DNA of 64,000 nt. Source: Takakia lepidozioides. Taxonomy: Eukaryota; Plantae; Bryophyta. A model generated the notes under the pieces. The model worked only from the letters and a program-made list of their open reading frames with translations. It had not been told where the DNA came from and did no database searches. The position numbers and the translations under genes are program-made. The stretch lies in the NCBI GenBank assembly GCA_030704615.1, contig CM060731.1, positions 36,394,001 to 36,458,000 of the forward strand. The letters are read 5' to 3'. Below are positions 11,914 to 25,030 of the stretch, piece after piece. Position 1 is the stretch's first letter. The number at the start of each line of letters is the position of its first letter.

Positions 11914-13513
11914 CTAGAGAATGTTTAAGCAAGCCACAGGCTGCCTTCACTTCCCCTCGCCTGGTGTAAGAGCCGGCACATAGGATAGTATATAGGGCTC
12001 CAGCCAGAATTAGCTGGCCCTATTGGAGACACAATCTGTCCTGCCAAGACCACACATGCAAAAAAAATGGAAGTTTAGTGAAATGCAAACTCTTCATTAC
12101 GCAAGATGGAACTACAGAAACAGAAATGTTTTTCTCAATCATTTGAAGGTTTAGAAGAGGAAAGGCACAATTCCCTGTAGACACAAACTTTATTATTAGA
12201 AAATGTCTTCACCGAACCCTCACCAAAGCCATGAAATGGCCGTAAAGACAAGACGCCAAAAGGGCAACAGGCGTAATGGTCAAACATGAAGGTAGAAGAC
12301 CTCAAACATTAGAAGCCAGAAGTTCTTTATGTCTAGTGATTGAGACAAGAACATTCGATCTTCTTCCATGGTGCTCTTTACTGCAAAATCCCAGGCCCCC
12401 ACTTTTCCTATTAGAGAAAATTGATCCCAGACAGAGCTCTTCCTTACAAGGATCTCCAACTTAGTAAAAGAATAAACACTGATTTTTCTGTGTGGTGGCC
12501 GGTTACCAAAGACCCCTCTTTGTATAAGATGCTGTTAATCAAAAGCCACTTTGACATGAACAATTCCGGTGCTGCAGGATGCTGGAGATAATACAATCCA
12601 GCTCGCCACTGAAAATGCCGTTTATTTGACTCCACTAGATATCCCTCTACCGACAGAATTGCATGAATTGATTGACGCCCCACTATCACTTTAGTAGCAA
12701 AAATTGCTAGGACATTTGGCAGCTGCAAACAAAGCCATTCAAATGACTTTCTAAGAAAACTCTTTGCGCTTACATGACGCACATTATTCAGTTTGAGTGG
12801 ACAAATCCTGGATATTTCATAGGGGTTGAAGAAAATTAGGATAATGACATTTCATTGAGGTAATAACCTCTTGTATGGGCTGTCAGAATGGCTTACATAT
12901 CTGCCATGCAAAACCTTTGGTTTTGGAACGCGCGTGGCTGAAGACTGTCGCAAAATTGTTAGGTGTAGAGAGCAATTCGAAGAAGCCCTGGCGAGCGATC
13001 GTCACTGCCCTCATTGTCACCCCATGAGGCAGCCCTCCGCCGAAAGCTTGCAAACATGTCATCTTCTTTCCGCGCCTATCTTGTTGCCAACCTTGTGCAC
13101 TGCAGCTGCCCAAACCCTCCTCATAGGTAGCTCAATTCCCTCTACGCTTTGTCATCAATTTGTTACCAAGTTCCTGCAGCAACAGACCTAGTTGGAGAAG
13201 GAGTCTCCATCACAACCTAATGTCTCAATTCTTGGATCCATCGTGATACCTTCCTACCTTCCTCCATCTCCCTGCTCGGGGAAAAACAGATCGGAGATTA
13301 AAGAACATGCCCCACATACCCCTCACGTCCTTTAACCTTTCTATTTTGCATCGGGTTGATGTGGCTAGCTCCACGTCATCTCATCTTCCGCCTATGCCTG
13401 ACATTTTGCCTATCTCCTTGCCTGATCTCCTCCGGGCTGTTGGCTAGGAGGGTCGCTCTGCTTGAATAGCTTACTATAGCTTCTGTTTTATTCGCTGGTT
13501 GAGTAGCTTACTA

Positions 13514-13712
13514 CCGTAGTACCTTGGCAAGTTCAACACTCTTCTATCGAATATTTATTTTATTTTGAGAATTCCATTTCAAAATATGGAATATTTTCAA
13601 AGATACTCTATTATCATTCACGAAATCATTTAATTTCATAAAACTAACTTCTAGAATTTTCAACAGTCTTTAAAATATTAAAATTTGTGTCGAACTTGAC
13701 AAGGTACTGCGG
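13514..13712. mobile_element. Tc1/mariner-type (Stowaway-like) MITE with TA target duplication
   Basis: ~26-bp TIRs CCGTAGTACCTTGGCAAGTTCAACAC / GTGTCGAACTTGACAAGGTACTGCGG, with TA on both sides. It interrupts one unit of a local AGCTTACTATAGCTT tandem repeat, which reconstructs the empty site. Confidence 0.8.
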
Positions 13713-14000
13713 TATAGCTTTTGTTTTCTTCTCTAGCTGAGTAGCTTATTATAGCTTTTCGTTTTCTTCTCTTGTTTCTTGTTCCTCTCCCCCCTTTTTT
13801 GGGAACTTCTCATCCTATGTATGTTCACCCATTGTACATGTTGTAAATAAAGTCTTACAGGGTTTCATCGTTTCCTTCACTTCACGCTAGTTTTCACATT
13901 CTTGTATCACGTAACATTGAGAATATGGAACCTCAACCAGAGGCCGGTAGGGACTCACTAGGAGCCATAATGCGACCTAGGGGGCGCGTTTCCTGGCGTA

Positions 14001-14502
14001 AAGGAATTTTGGGGGCAGATTATATGAGGCCTGTGATTGGCTGCAGGCCATAATGTATTGGGTAAAGTCCTATAACTCGGGCTTTACGCGAATCAAAATT
14101 CCCACGCCCCAAGCCATAATGTATTAGGTAAAGTCCGGCAACGAGGGCTTTACACGATTCAAGATTCCATAGCCCTGAGGGCATGGGAATTTTGATTCGC
14201 GTAAAGCCTGAGTTATAGGACTTAACTCACATAAAAACTGCATTGTAATCCGTGTGGAAAGAAAAATACCTGCCTATCTGCCCGTATGAGACGGGACACG
14301 CCCATAGGCTCCCCGCGCATAACATGACAGGTGGGATTTTATGCTATTTAAAGCCCACCAAAACTACACTAGCTAGGTTTTTAGGAGCCGCTAAAAGTCA
14401 TATAGCCGATTAGGAATGCAGAATGCGCCAGCAACGTGGAGCGACGATCTTATGCGTCCTAGTTTGCCTCAAAAAAGGCATAATCTGCCCCCAAAATCCC
14501 TT
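14001..14502. mobile_element. MITE (possibly PIF/Harbinger-type) with 23-bp TIRs and an internal inverted repeat
   Basis: AAGGAATTTTGGGGGCAGATTAT (14001-14023) versus ATAATCTGCCCCCAAAATCCCTT (14480-14502). Internal IR at 14068-14104 / 14184-14221. TSD imperfect. Confidence 0.65.
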
Positions 14503-14834
14503 AGGCTTGATGTAAGGTATGTCCTCTTGTCTAGATGAAAACTTCCGGTCTAAGAAGGTAATAATTTTAACAAAAGAAAATCATAGGTGGTTCTTGACGC
14601 ATGAATAATTACCCAATTTTATTGAAACAAATGTATGGAATATAACAAGACCTGCCATGGTGTAATTACGAATATGTTGTTAATGTATAAATAGGCTCTA
14701 AAAAACTGTCAGATATGCATCACCCACTTTTATTGAAACAAACGACTCCGCCACAAGAGGCTTTGTCCTTGCTCTTTCCTTCGGTGATTTTGGGGTTGTT
14801 GTTTGATACCTTTTCCACGGCTTCATGAATCATG

Positions 14835-15201
14835 CCCATCAACCCTCCATAGACTAGGTAATGGCTAAGTGTAGTTTTGCCCCAAGACAAGATGTCTCCA
14901 CAATACCTCTATCCCTTGCGGGTCCATCAACCCTCCATAGACTAGGCTTAATGGCCAAGTGTAGTTCTGCCCTTAGGCAAGATGTCTCCACAATACCTCT
15001 ATCCCTTGCGGGTCCCATCAACCCTCCATAGACTAGGCTTAATGGCCAAGTGTAGTTCTGCCCCTAGGCAAGATGTCTCCACAATACCTCTATCCCTTGC
15101 GGGTCCCATCAACCCTCAATAGACTAGGCTTAATGGATAAGCCTAGTACTCCGTTCTACGCTTGGGCAAGATGTCTCCACAATGCCTCTATCCCTTGCGG
15201 G
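14835..15201. repeat. ~90-bp tandem repeat, ~4 copies
   Basis: Unit CCATCAACCCTCCATAGACTAGG...CAAGATGTCTCCACAATACCTCTATCCCTTGCGGGT starting at ~14835, 14924, 15014 and 15105. Confidence 0.9.
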
Positions 15202-18200
15202 ACAGAGCCAACAAATATAAAATTTTATTGTACATAAAACATTCAACATGAAATCATTGTGACGTTTTATGTCTATTCCATCAAAAACACTCACACCGGA
15301 GGTGTGAAGCAGTTTTTTTCGTAAAATTGTCGCCACATGTAAATTCTACGTAGCGCCTGAGAATAATTGAGGTGCCAGGGTTAGAAAAGTGGATATATAA
15401 CAGGTGGCACATTCTAACAGGTCCATGTAGGCAAAGTCAGGCTACTGATATTTAACAACTGGCGTTTTCTGGCGATTTTTTTTTATTTCTACCCCTATTA
15501 TTCATTTGTACAAGTGGCTGACCCATTTTCCAGGTCGAAATCTAGCGATTTTTTAAAACACTTCCTTGACCAATCTTAGCATTAAGGTAGAAACTAGAAA
15601 CAATTAAATGTGTGCGTGACCTTGAACGGACGAATGGACCCCTATATTTGTTATTTGATATTATTGTCCTATCATTCTTCGACACCACATTGAACATTGT
15701 GCAAAGCTGGTAATATGTACTGAGAACATGCACGTGGCGCGATTGAAAGGACAGAAGAATCACATAAAATGTTAAGAAAAAGAAAAACACAATTTTGAAA
15801 GAGATGGGTGAACTAATTTGTTTTTTCCTTAGGTAATGAACAGAATAAAAAATTGTTGATGGCATCATTGGAGACATGAATCCAAAAGCCTCAAGATTTC
15901 TCGAAATTGAAAATTAATGACATATTCTACAAACGGAATATGTAACTGGTTATTCTACATACATATTCCTAATTTGGAACATGGTCAAGATTGATCTATG
16001 TTGTAGGTCAACAGAGTATTAGTTCATTTTTACGACTCAATTAGAATTGCTTTATGCAAGTGAATGGACTTTCATTATCTTTAACATAGTTCCATGACAG
16101 TTCATTCGTCCTATCAACCTCACAAAGGAATTTACCTTCCGTTTGGAATATGGATAACAACAATATCCAATTGCCCGAACCTCCCAAATATGGATAACAA
16201 CACTATAAGGGCACTAACCGACAATGTGGTCGCCCAAACCTCCCCAAGGGCTCAAAGTGGTGAGGCACTTTCACATTGACTAACTGATTCACCCATGACT
16301 CCGTTTTTTGAAATGACTATGATGGATGTCATCCAATATACACAACATACAACTACATAGTTTTGAACCAAGTACCAAATTGTACGACAACCTTGTGCTC
16401 TAACCAGGCCATTTGTTGGATGCATGTTGGAAGACCATTGCATGAAGTTCTAGCCTTGCAATTCAGGGCTCAAAGATCACATTCTAACTTAGTGGATGTT
16501 GTTAACCCCTAAACTCTCGCGTGGCCCGAAACGAGCCTCCAACCATCTTCCAGTAGCTGTAATTTGGCGAGATCTGATTCAATTTTTTTAAAAAAAATGC
16601 ATGAGAAGGCGCCCGTTGTCTAGAACCGGTGTGCGAAGACGACTGGGCAGATTTTAGGTTTAGGGTGAGATCGAGATCCTTCGATCAAAGCAGCAGGCGT
16701 CGGCGGCTCGGTGTTCCCACGGTTTCAGTTTTGCTTCCCCAGTTTCCCCTTCTCTCTCATCGTGCCTAGCGCGCGTTTGCAAGTGGCCGTTCTATGTTGC
16801 GTAGGTTGCCCTTGCTGATCGTGTGCGTGACTTGAAGGTGCCCGCGAGCTACTTTGTCCGTCTGATCTGTTTTAGGTGTTGTCTCATTTGCATTGCATTC
16901 TAGGATTTTCAGGAATGTAGTATGCCAAAAATCCAACAGTATCTACCTAAAAAACTATTGAAGTGGGGAATTAAATTGTGGTCTTTGGCTAATGCCAAGT
17001 CTAAGTATGTTCATAAATGGAAGTGTACCTGGGCAAGAACATGAAGTAGATTTGACCCACGACATGAGGTATGCAGTAGTGACTTGGCTTCTTTTTGGCT
17101 TTGAATGTCGTGGGCATATTGTGACAATGGAAGTGTGTCTCATATGGTACAAGGCATAGGTACTTTTGTATGCTGTGTGGAGATCTGCCTTTGTGCTTGG
17201 GGGCTTGCTTTGTGAGGCATCATAGTGGCTCCGGACTCTTGGAGGCTGCTTGCTGCTGGTGAGAGGTGGTTGTTGGTAGGAAGGAAGGGGAACTTCTAAT
17301 CACTATCGTCATGTGATTGTAATCCTATGTCTATGCTTGAATACTGTCATTGCGTAGGTATTAGTGGCTATATGCTCTTTCTGGCTATGAAGAGGTTATA
17401 TAATTAGAATTTGATAGCGTGTCGCTTGGATAGAAAGTCAATTGGTACGCTTGTGTAGGTATTAGCTTTCCATCAAACCAAGCCCCACCGGTCACCGGTA
17501 AACGGTGGGGCTAGCGTGGCCGCTCCATGGCCAACGTTCGGCAACCACATTCATGGACGTGCATCCTGTCAATGCACAACCGGGCCATGTGTGACCTGGG
17601 TATGAGTCCCAATCCCTCTCAGCGTGAAACGGAGACCCTCACATCCCATCCCTCCACTTTCCACAACCTCAAGTTTTTATTTTTGTTTTTGTCTCAGTTG
17701 TGTATATATATATAATCCGAATCCAACACCAAAATCGTATATACTTTTTATTTTAACTTCACATAACTTTAAAGCAACAAGCTCTAACAAGCTTGATATA
17801 TTTTGCAATATTTTCATCCAACACTTAAAACCATGTATTCCATCCAAAAACAACCACGACAACATCTGTCCCTTGAAAGGCTCGTCCCTGACAAGTGTGG
17901 AAAAACCATTGCGTAATCTTTGCATGCGGGCAGGACCAAGAGAGAGAAGACTCCGGTAACTAAAGAGCCACTTCGCCTTGGCCCTATACCGGACCAACAA
18001 ATCCGAGCATCATAAACTCATGCCACCCCAGTATGTAAGGGTGCTAAGGGGCACAAAAAAGCCGTCCCTTCATAAGGGCCCCAACAAGTTTCAGGGGGCC
18101 CCTATCTGACACACCTGTCTTTTCCTACAGCGGCCCCGCAGCCTTACAGAATACCATTGATTTCCATCCAAAGTAACTTAAGTTAGATTTTAGGAGAGGG

Positions 18201-19395
18201 AATGATTTTTGACATTTCTATCCAAAACCTATATTAATTGTCAATTATTATGTCATGGGCCCACAGCAAGCAAGTGGTGCCAAGGATTTCTAGAGGGGTG
18301 AATGGGTGGGTGTCCATGGAACCACCCCCTCTCATTTTGAAGGGGTGATTCCTTCCTTGGGGGGACGCTTGGGAGTGCCCATGGAACCCGGCCCTAAGAC
18401 GAAAGAGACTAGATGCTTGTCACTCTGCAAGCATCCCCTACTCTATTTGGCATGATCCCAGCTGGGTAGGGTGTCTGGACCAGGAGGCACAAGTGGGGTG
18501 AAGGCCTTGCTTTTCATGAATCAAAGTCGCAAGAGCTGCGTGGCATGCTGCCTTTGCGTTGATCCACTCCTCCACTCCACGATTCATGTGTGCTTGTGTA
18601 ACTTTTACACTGCCGACTGCTGCTACTTGATAAAGTCCACGAGGTCCGCATCTGAGCTTGACTGAAGCATGCTGCGCAATAATCAATCGGCTTCCTGAGA
18701 GTCTACTCAATCGAAGCATTGATCACTTTGTTGTTTCTGTCTTTCTCGTGTCGTCACGCGTGACTGTAGATAAGTAGGGGAAAGCGACCGACCCATATGT
18801 GATACTCTCGCATTTCACGACAGGTTCCGTCTCGAGAGAGGTAGGAAAAAAACGGCACGGCATGTAATACGGAGTTTTCTTGCAGTAGAATTTACGGATG
18901 GGATCCCAGCTGACGTCGAATAGTTCTCTTCTGCGTCAATTGTAACCTACATTGTTGCATGCATGACGTGTAATTCAGTGGACCTCAACATATCAATGGA
19001 AGTTTAGTATAGCAGCTTCTAATGTAATGGGTGCTGCTGGCAGCTTCGTGTCTGGATTGGAGTCATTGGGAGGTGGTTGATGGCGTGAGGAGTCTTCGCA
19101 AGTTGTGGGCTGGCGGTGTTTTTTCCCGACTCGGAGAAGGGTGTGTAATGGTATTGAGTTTTTCGAAGGGTGGGTTGTGAGTGTGAAGGCGGGCAGCGGG
19201 GCGGGGACTTATCGTTGGGGTGATGTCGAGGTCTCGCAAAGGCTCTATTGCCAGTTGTACTGTAGTTGAGCTGTGGAAGCCATGACGTTTTGAGAGTTTT
19301 GGATTGGCGGGATCAAAAACAGGAATCGACATTGCAGGAAAATTCTTGGATCGGGATACATTGACGATTCGTTATTCTCTATTGTTGTTGTTCAA

Positions 19396-22300
19396 ATGTG
19401 GACCATGGTGAAGTCAGATCCTTTACCATCCGGTGGCTACCCAAAGTGGACGGATTCGTCGAAGAAGGCCACCGCACGTTCCTCTTATGCTGCATCCTTC
19501 TGCGATTACTTCGAAAAATGCATTGTGTGGGCTTTTGCCGACACCAGCGAGCCAAATCCTTACTTGTCTGGGAATTATGCTCCTGTACAGGAAACGGAAC
19601 CTTCAGAAGACTTCCCGTGTCTGGATCTTTTCCTGTGAGTTTGCGTCCAAGTCATGAAATGTGAAGAGGGTGGAGCTAGTAGCATCCATCACTGCTATTG
19701 TACACAGTGTTTTCAGCTACAGTGTTCGTTACACTGTGCTTGCTACTGGCCATCGATAGGGTAGGGTAAAGAAACGGGATTCGCTGGGTTGCACTATCAT
19801 TCGTAGGCTTTCCAAGTGCGAAACTGAGAATTGTTTGATGTGGTCGGTCTTCCTCCTAGCAACGTTAAGTGGCCCGTTGCGGTATCCCTTTTCTTATCGC
19901 TAGTGACGTAAGCGCAGGTGCAAAGGATTTCCCAGAAGATATAAAAGTACATGCACAAGTGCATTTGATATTTGGTGTGGATTAAAAATGGAACTGTGCG
20001 TGCTTATGGCAGGATTGTTTGAATGGCGAGTTTGTGCGTGTTGGTGCCAATCCCAAGTTCAGTCCAGTGGCGGGATATCATTGGTATCCCCTCAATGTCC
20101 TTCAAATGGTCCCCTTTCGTTGTCATAAGCAGTCCTTGATGTCAAAGAAAATACTACTCTTCAAGCTGATCTCCAAGTAATGTTAATGGTTCACCCACTG
20201 CAACCTGCTGCAGCTTTTCACCTTCTAATACAGTTTGGTCTAATATTATTGATAAGGATGTTTCATCTTGGCATCAAGAGGAATGTATCTTTGATAAGTT
20301 GTGGTTGTGTTTCCTTTCTGGGTGCAGGTTTGATGGAGATGGGTATGCTTCTTCTGACCTTTGTGTTATTCTGCAATTGGGACAGGGGAAAGTGAAGATG
20401 GGTGTGGCTGTTTAGTTTTCAACTGGCAATAGCCATGACCCACCTCCGTAGCCCCGCAACTTTTTTTCTGCCACTTCTGTAAACCCCATGGTTAAGTTCA
20501 GATAGAAGTGTATTGAGATACCGGTATTAGCATTGTAGCAAGCATTTTGTGAGGAGCTCTCAGGAAGCTCCTCTTATCTCACTTTGGTACTCAAATCCTC
20601 ATCTATGAGCGTGGCCAGCTTAATTGGAGAAGAGAGTCATAAGCTGGCAAACTGTGCTTAGAAACCGGAGTGGTTCAAAGTTTCCACACTCAATAACTCA
20701 ATTGTTAGACCATGTGGTACAATTATGTCATCCTATATGGTTGCAGGATGATACATGGCTTACAAATCAGAAATGGGAAAGTCACTTACGTCTCACGCTT
20801 CGTCAAAACTTCCCGGCTGCAACAAAAGGAGTATTATGGTCATGAAGGTCCTCTCTTCGTCTCTCCCTATCTTTGAGTAATTATTGTTCTACACATCTTT
20901 GTTAGCTGGTTTTGCAAGCTGAGGCGATAGAAGTTAATATTGCTTTGGCAATCTATGTTATCTAAGAGTCAGTAACTGCACAAAAAAGGTCACTATTCAC
21001 AACATGTAAGAAGCTTGGCACCACAGAAATAAGATTCATGAAAATGGATAATATCGAGCAGCTGACACTCTGTTGCAAAATGTCACAGTTTGGGGATGTG
21101 AGAGGAATCGGGGGGATATTGTTTTTGTGCCTTCAAAAACTTCGGGTGAAGTTGGGGGTCATTGACCCTTCAAATGGAGAGGGAACAGGTGTTTCCCAAC
21201 TGTCTTTAGCATAAGAGTGGCTAGACCACATCAACATGACAATGGTTCCTGGACTTTCCATATCTTTAGGAGATCTATATGATGGATATATACTCCCTGC
21301 CAACTTGGCTATGGCTTATAGTTTTCATGCAGGGAGTGGCATTGAGGGTATACTAAAAGCACAGGTTGGTTCCAGCACTGGCGCCCTCCACCTATATACA
21401 GAGCATATGTGGCTTTGAGTGCGCTGCCAGTCACACAGTAGGAAACAAGAGAGAGACTAAAACGCGATGTGTATCTATCTCTATTATCTATACCACGTCC
21501 TTGACAGCTTTGGCCTGGCATGCCATATCACCCATTGCAATTAGCCTGAACCTAATTATTCTTGTTGATTGGGTTGTCCTGTTGTGTTGTGCTAGTTATG
21601 GATGTCTGTATGTGTGGCATGGTTGCACTTACAGATGTGCTGTAGGGTCAATGTTGCAGGAAATACGGCGTTGGTGTTCCACAACAAGAAGCTTCTTGCT
21701 TTGCATGAGGGGGACAAACCTTGTAAGTTCAGTTGCAGTATAGCACCCTTGGGTGAATCATTGTACACTCCCAATCTGGTTTGACTTTAGTTTTCTTCGA
21801 AATCAAGTTGTTGCTTTTCATTTTGGGGCAAATGTGTTATTATTGTCAGACACACTGGGTTGATTGTATCATGCGTACAATTGTGTCGTGGGTAGCTGTC
21901 TTTGTCAGGATATGTACTAAGCCTCTTGGAGCAAATGCATCGGAGTCACTGCTCCTGTGCATCCCATCAGAGTCCTGTAACAAGGCACACTGGCAGGCAT
22001 TGTCATGTAACTAGGACAGTACGGGCGTGGAGTTGATTTTTCCTTACAGATTGTATCTAGAAAATTGTATAGAATCTATCATGAACCCCCCTACCTTGCA
22101 ATTTCTTTGTCCACCGCTGGAAAAGTCTCCCTCCCTGTGTCCATGTTTTGGTCTGTTGTCTCTGATCAGACTCTGCACCTTGCGGATGTAATTATGCTAT
22201 ATCTATAGAAAAGAAGAATTGTGGAGGCTGCTTGTGATTGGGAGCATCCATTCTTTTAAGGCCAGGGGACCTTGCTAAACAGGCTTCTTTTCACGATCAA

Positions 22301-22551
22301 CTACCTTTTGTGACTTATCACTGTATGATTGATCCTCATGGTTTTGTTTTGCATGTGATTTAATGTACCTTCTACTTGTGGGCGAAGTGTTCCGAGCAAT
22401 TCCGGTCATGCAATATTTTGAAGTCTTTTGTTCTACACAGATGCAATCAGGTTATTGGAAGATGGAGATCTCGAGACAGTTGGGCGTATGGATTATGAAA
22501 GCAGAGTTGACCATCCTTTTACTGCTCACCCTAAAATTGATGCTTTCACAG
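19396..22551 (+). pseudogene. CCD1: Carotenoid cleavage dioxygenase 1, 5' half only (7 exons), frameshifted
   Basis: Exons 19396-19634 (YLSGNYAPV), 20013-20083 ([19 protein letters not shown]), 20328-20342 (FDGDG micro-exon), 20747-20847 ([16 protein letters not shown]), 21089-21188, 21660-21722 (NTALVFHNKKLLALHEGDKP) and 22441-22551 ([16 protein letters not shown]). There is a 1-nt deletion near 19612 and a frameshifting deletion near 20840. Exons with MMHDFAITE onwards were not found. Confidence 0.9.
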
Positions 22552-24527
22552 GTTTGACACCCCCTATTTGCAATCTTAACATACTTGATGATGCTCATTG
22601 TGGAGATGTCTGTAAGGCTTAAATTTTCTTGTAGATTTAGGAAGGAGCAGACTTTCACCTGGAGGGGAAAATGCAAGAGCAAGTCTAGATGGATATCCAC
22701 CGAGATTTGTTTCCAGTCGCGGGCAGTGGTGAGTAGGAGATCCTGCACCTATTGCAATAGTCACTACTTCTTGTAGACTTGTACCTTCCATTACCAGTGT
22801 TTTCATGCTGACATTCATGTGAAATCAATACAAATGTCATACTAGGAGTTTTAAACTGCAGTTTGTGAATATCAATTTAACAAAACTTGATGGAAGCAAC
22901 AAATGCGTGTGCATTCTTCTCCCAATGAATGTTGCATTGTTTACTCATGATGCAATCTAGGAGCTCAAAATCACGAGGATAATCCTGCAGACCATATTGG
23001 CATCTGATTCTTCATCTTCTCCAAATACTTGGAGCAAATTTTGCTGAGGAAAACTAGTGGCTGTCGTCTTTACTGAAGAAAAATGCTCTTCATTTTCCTT
23101 TGGTGGTGTTTGGCATAATTTCTGCCTAGTCTCCAATGATGCCTAAACCCTCCAATTTGCTATGTCAATTCTGGGTTATTCGCCTCAACAAGTCTACTAG
23201 GTTTTAGGTTCATTCGCCCAATACCCATTCAAAATCTCATATTATCGCCAGCCATTTCCACTATGCATTTTGTACAAGCGCCAGACATGCTCCTCTAAGG
23301 TTCTAATGGATGCCACTTGTGCTACAATGTAAATACCTTAAAAGAAACGCTGCCTTAAACCACCTCATGAGAGTATTGACTCAAGTGCTTTGCCAATATT
23401 GGTTAATCGTCCAGTCCATCAGTTACTAAGACTATCACTCTCGTTCGCACAAAGCATGTCAGAACTTGGTGCTTTGTATTTTTTCAACTCTTTGTTGATT
23501 TCTGCATCAGTTGCTCAGAATTGTAACCTGCAGAATTTTCTGACTGATCATTATGATATCAAAGTGCTGGTAGAATGTTGTACATAGACTGTGATGGAGC
23601 CCACCCCCTGGAGAGGGCAGTACCCTAGCTCGCTAGGAGAAGTGGTACTTGTTTACACTGGTTTAAGGAGGAGTCTTCTCTCTACATTGACTGTGATGCA
23701 TCTGGCAAAGTGTTTAGACATCCTTAGCTTTGTTATTAGGTTAAACCTAGTGTACTTCCACAAAGTCAATACAGTTTGTGTGCCTTTCAGGCCATGCATC
23801 TCATTAGGTTGATGCTACAGAGTAATTGGGAGCTGACTGCTGCTGCATCTCTTCCTCCCTCTCCCTCTAGTTCTATGTGAGGTTCATGGCTACAAGGCTC
23901 TTGTATTGTTTAAATACCCACACTGGAAATCATCGATGTCTTTGAGATCAGCTGAAATTAAAAAGAAAAGAAGAGCAGTGACGAACTAGCATAAACTATA
24001 GTACTGGATCCGCAGTTAGGAGGGCTGAATTAATATAGTAATACAAGAGGAAGACGAGAGAACTCTTTAGTTATTTAGAAATTTTAAAATGTTTCACCAT
24101 TTTCCAATATGAAGAAATGTATGCAGAAACGAGCTAAACTAAGAAACGAGCTAAACTAATACCTCCAGTGGATGATGAAGAAGATGGTTATGAGGATGGC
24201 AGTGATGTGCCTGAAGATGATGAGGCTTGGAGAGATGAGAATGAACTACACAGGGAAGTGGCAGACCCCATAAGGGAAATGCAGAAAAATACTGATATTC
24301 CTATGGCAGATACTTCTGACTCTGATAGAGAAGATGGAGAGGGTGAAGAGGAAGTGAAGAAAGAAGCTGCACAAGTGCAGAGCAATGAAGGGATTTTGGC
24401 TGAAGTAATATGCCAGACCAAAATGTAGGTGGTTGTAAGGCCCCAGCTGCACCTGGCTGCTAAGAGGCCTGCTCAGATAGTAACGGCCACACCTACCCAC
24501 TACAGGCCCAGCTAGCTAGCTGGGCTA

Positions 24528-24619
24528 TTAAATTGTGCACAGGGATTTAGTTAACACCTCACCCCTGCTGTTAAATTGTGCACAGGGATTCAGTTAACAC
24601 CTCACCCCTGCTGTTAAAT
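24528..24619. repeat. 43-bp tandem duplication upstream of the transposase
   Basis: TTAAATTGTGCACAGGGATT.AGTTAACACCTCACCCCTGCTG at 24528 and 24571. Confidence 0.9.
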
Positions 24620-25030
24620 CTTGGTCACCTGTTAAGGATGGGAATATAGACAAGGAAGAATGGCGCAGTTTGGTGCAGCAGCACCCTATTCTTCTTAAGA
24701 ACATGACTCTCCCCTACCTCAAGTGAGTACTATATTCTCTCTTTTCTGTTCTGCCTGCATTTTTCAAGGTTTTGACCATCAATGTTTGAATGCAGGATGT
24801 GACTCAACATGTTGCTGTGAATCTTGGCTTGCAAGGTTGTTTGCACTCACACAAGGTTCCTGATGTTGGTTAGAATACCTGAGGTTGTTCACATATGATG
24901 GACTGTGTTTCAAGTGTATTTCTGCTGGTGTAACAGGGACATCACAACGACTTTCCCCAGTTTTATTTTCCATTCATAGGTGGAGGAGACCTGAAGGTTT
25001 AAAAGAGGGGCACTTGTAACTGAACCTCGT

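Noticed and set aside
13161-13916. Solo LTR bounded by TGTTAC...GTAACA
   Set aside because: The flanking 5-mers (CAATT versus TTGAG) do not form a target-site duplication, and no PBS or PPT is seen.
18438-18719. 93-aa minus-strand ORF with a transit-peptide-like N-terminus
   Set aside because: No recognisable domain or supporting exon structure; cannot be supported without transcript data.
22737-22760. GDPAPIAI as a remnant of CCD1 exon 8 (HDPVPITI)
   Set aside because: The match is short, the surrounding residues (EMFTFGY, MMHDFAITE) are absent and no suitable splice acceptor is present.
24168-24428. Acidic 86-aa ORF as an independent gene
   Set aside because: Low-complexity D/E-rich segment with a GTG start, probably an exon of a transposon accessory gene; no identifiable domain.
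24498-24510. CACTAC as the 5' terminus of the CACTA element
   Set aside because: No matching terminal TAGTG with a TIR or 3-bp TSD could be identified; a 5-6 bp match is expected by chance.
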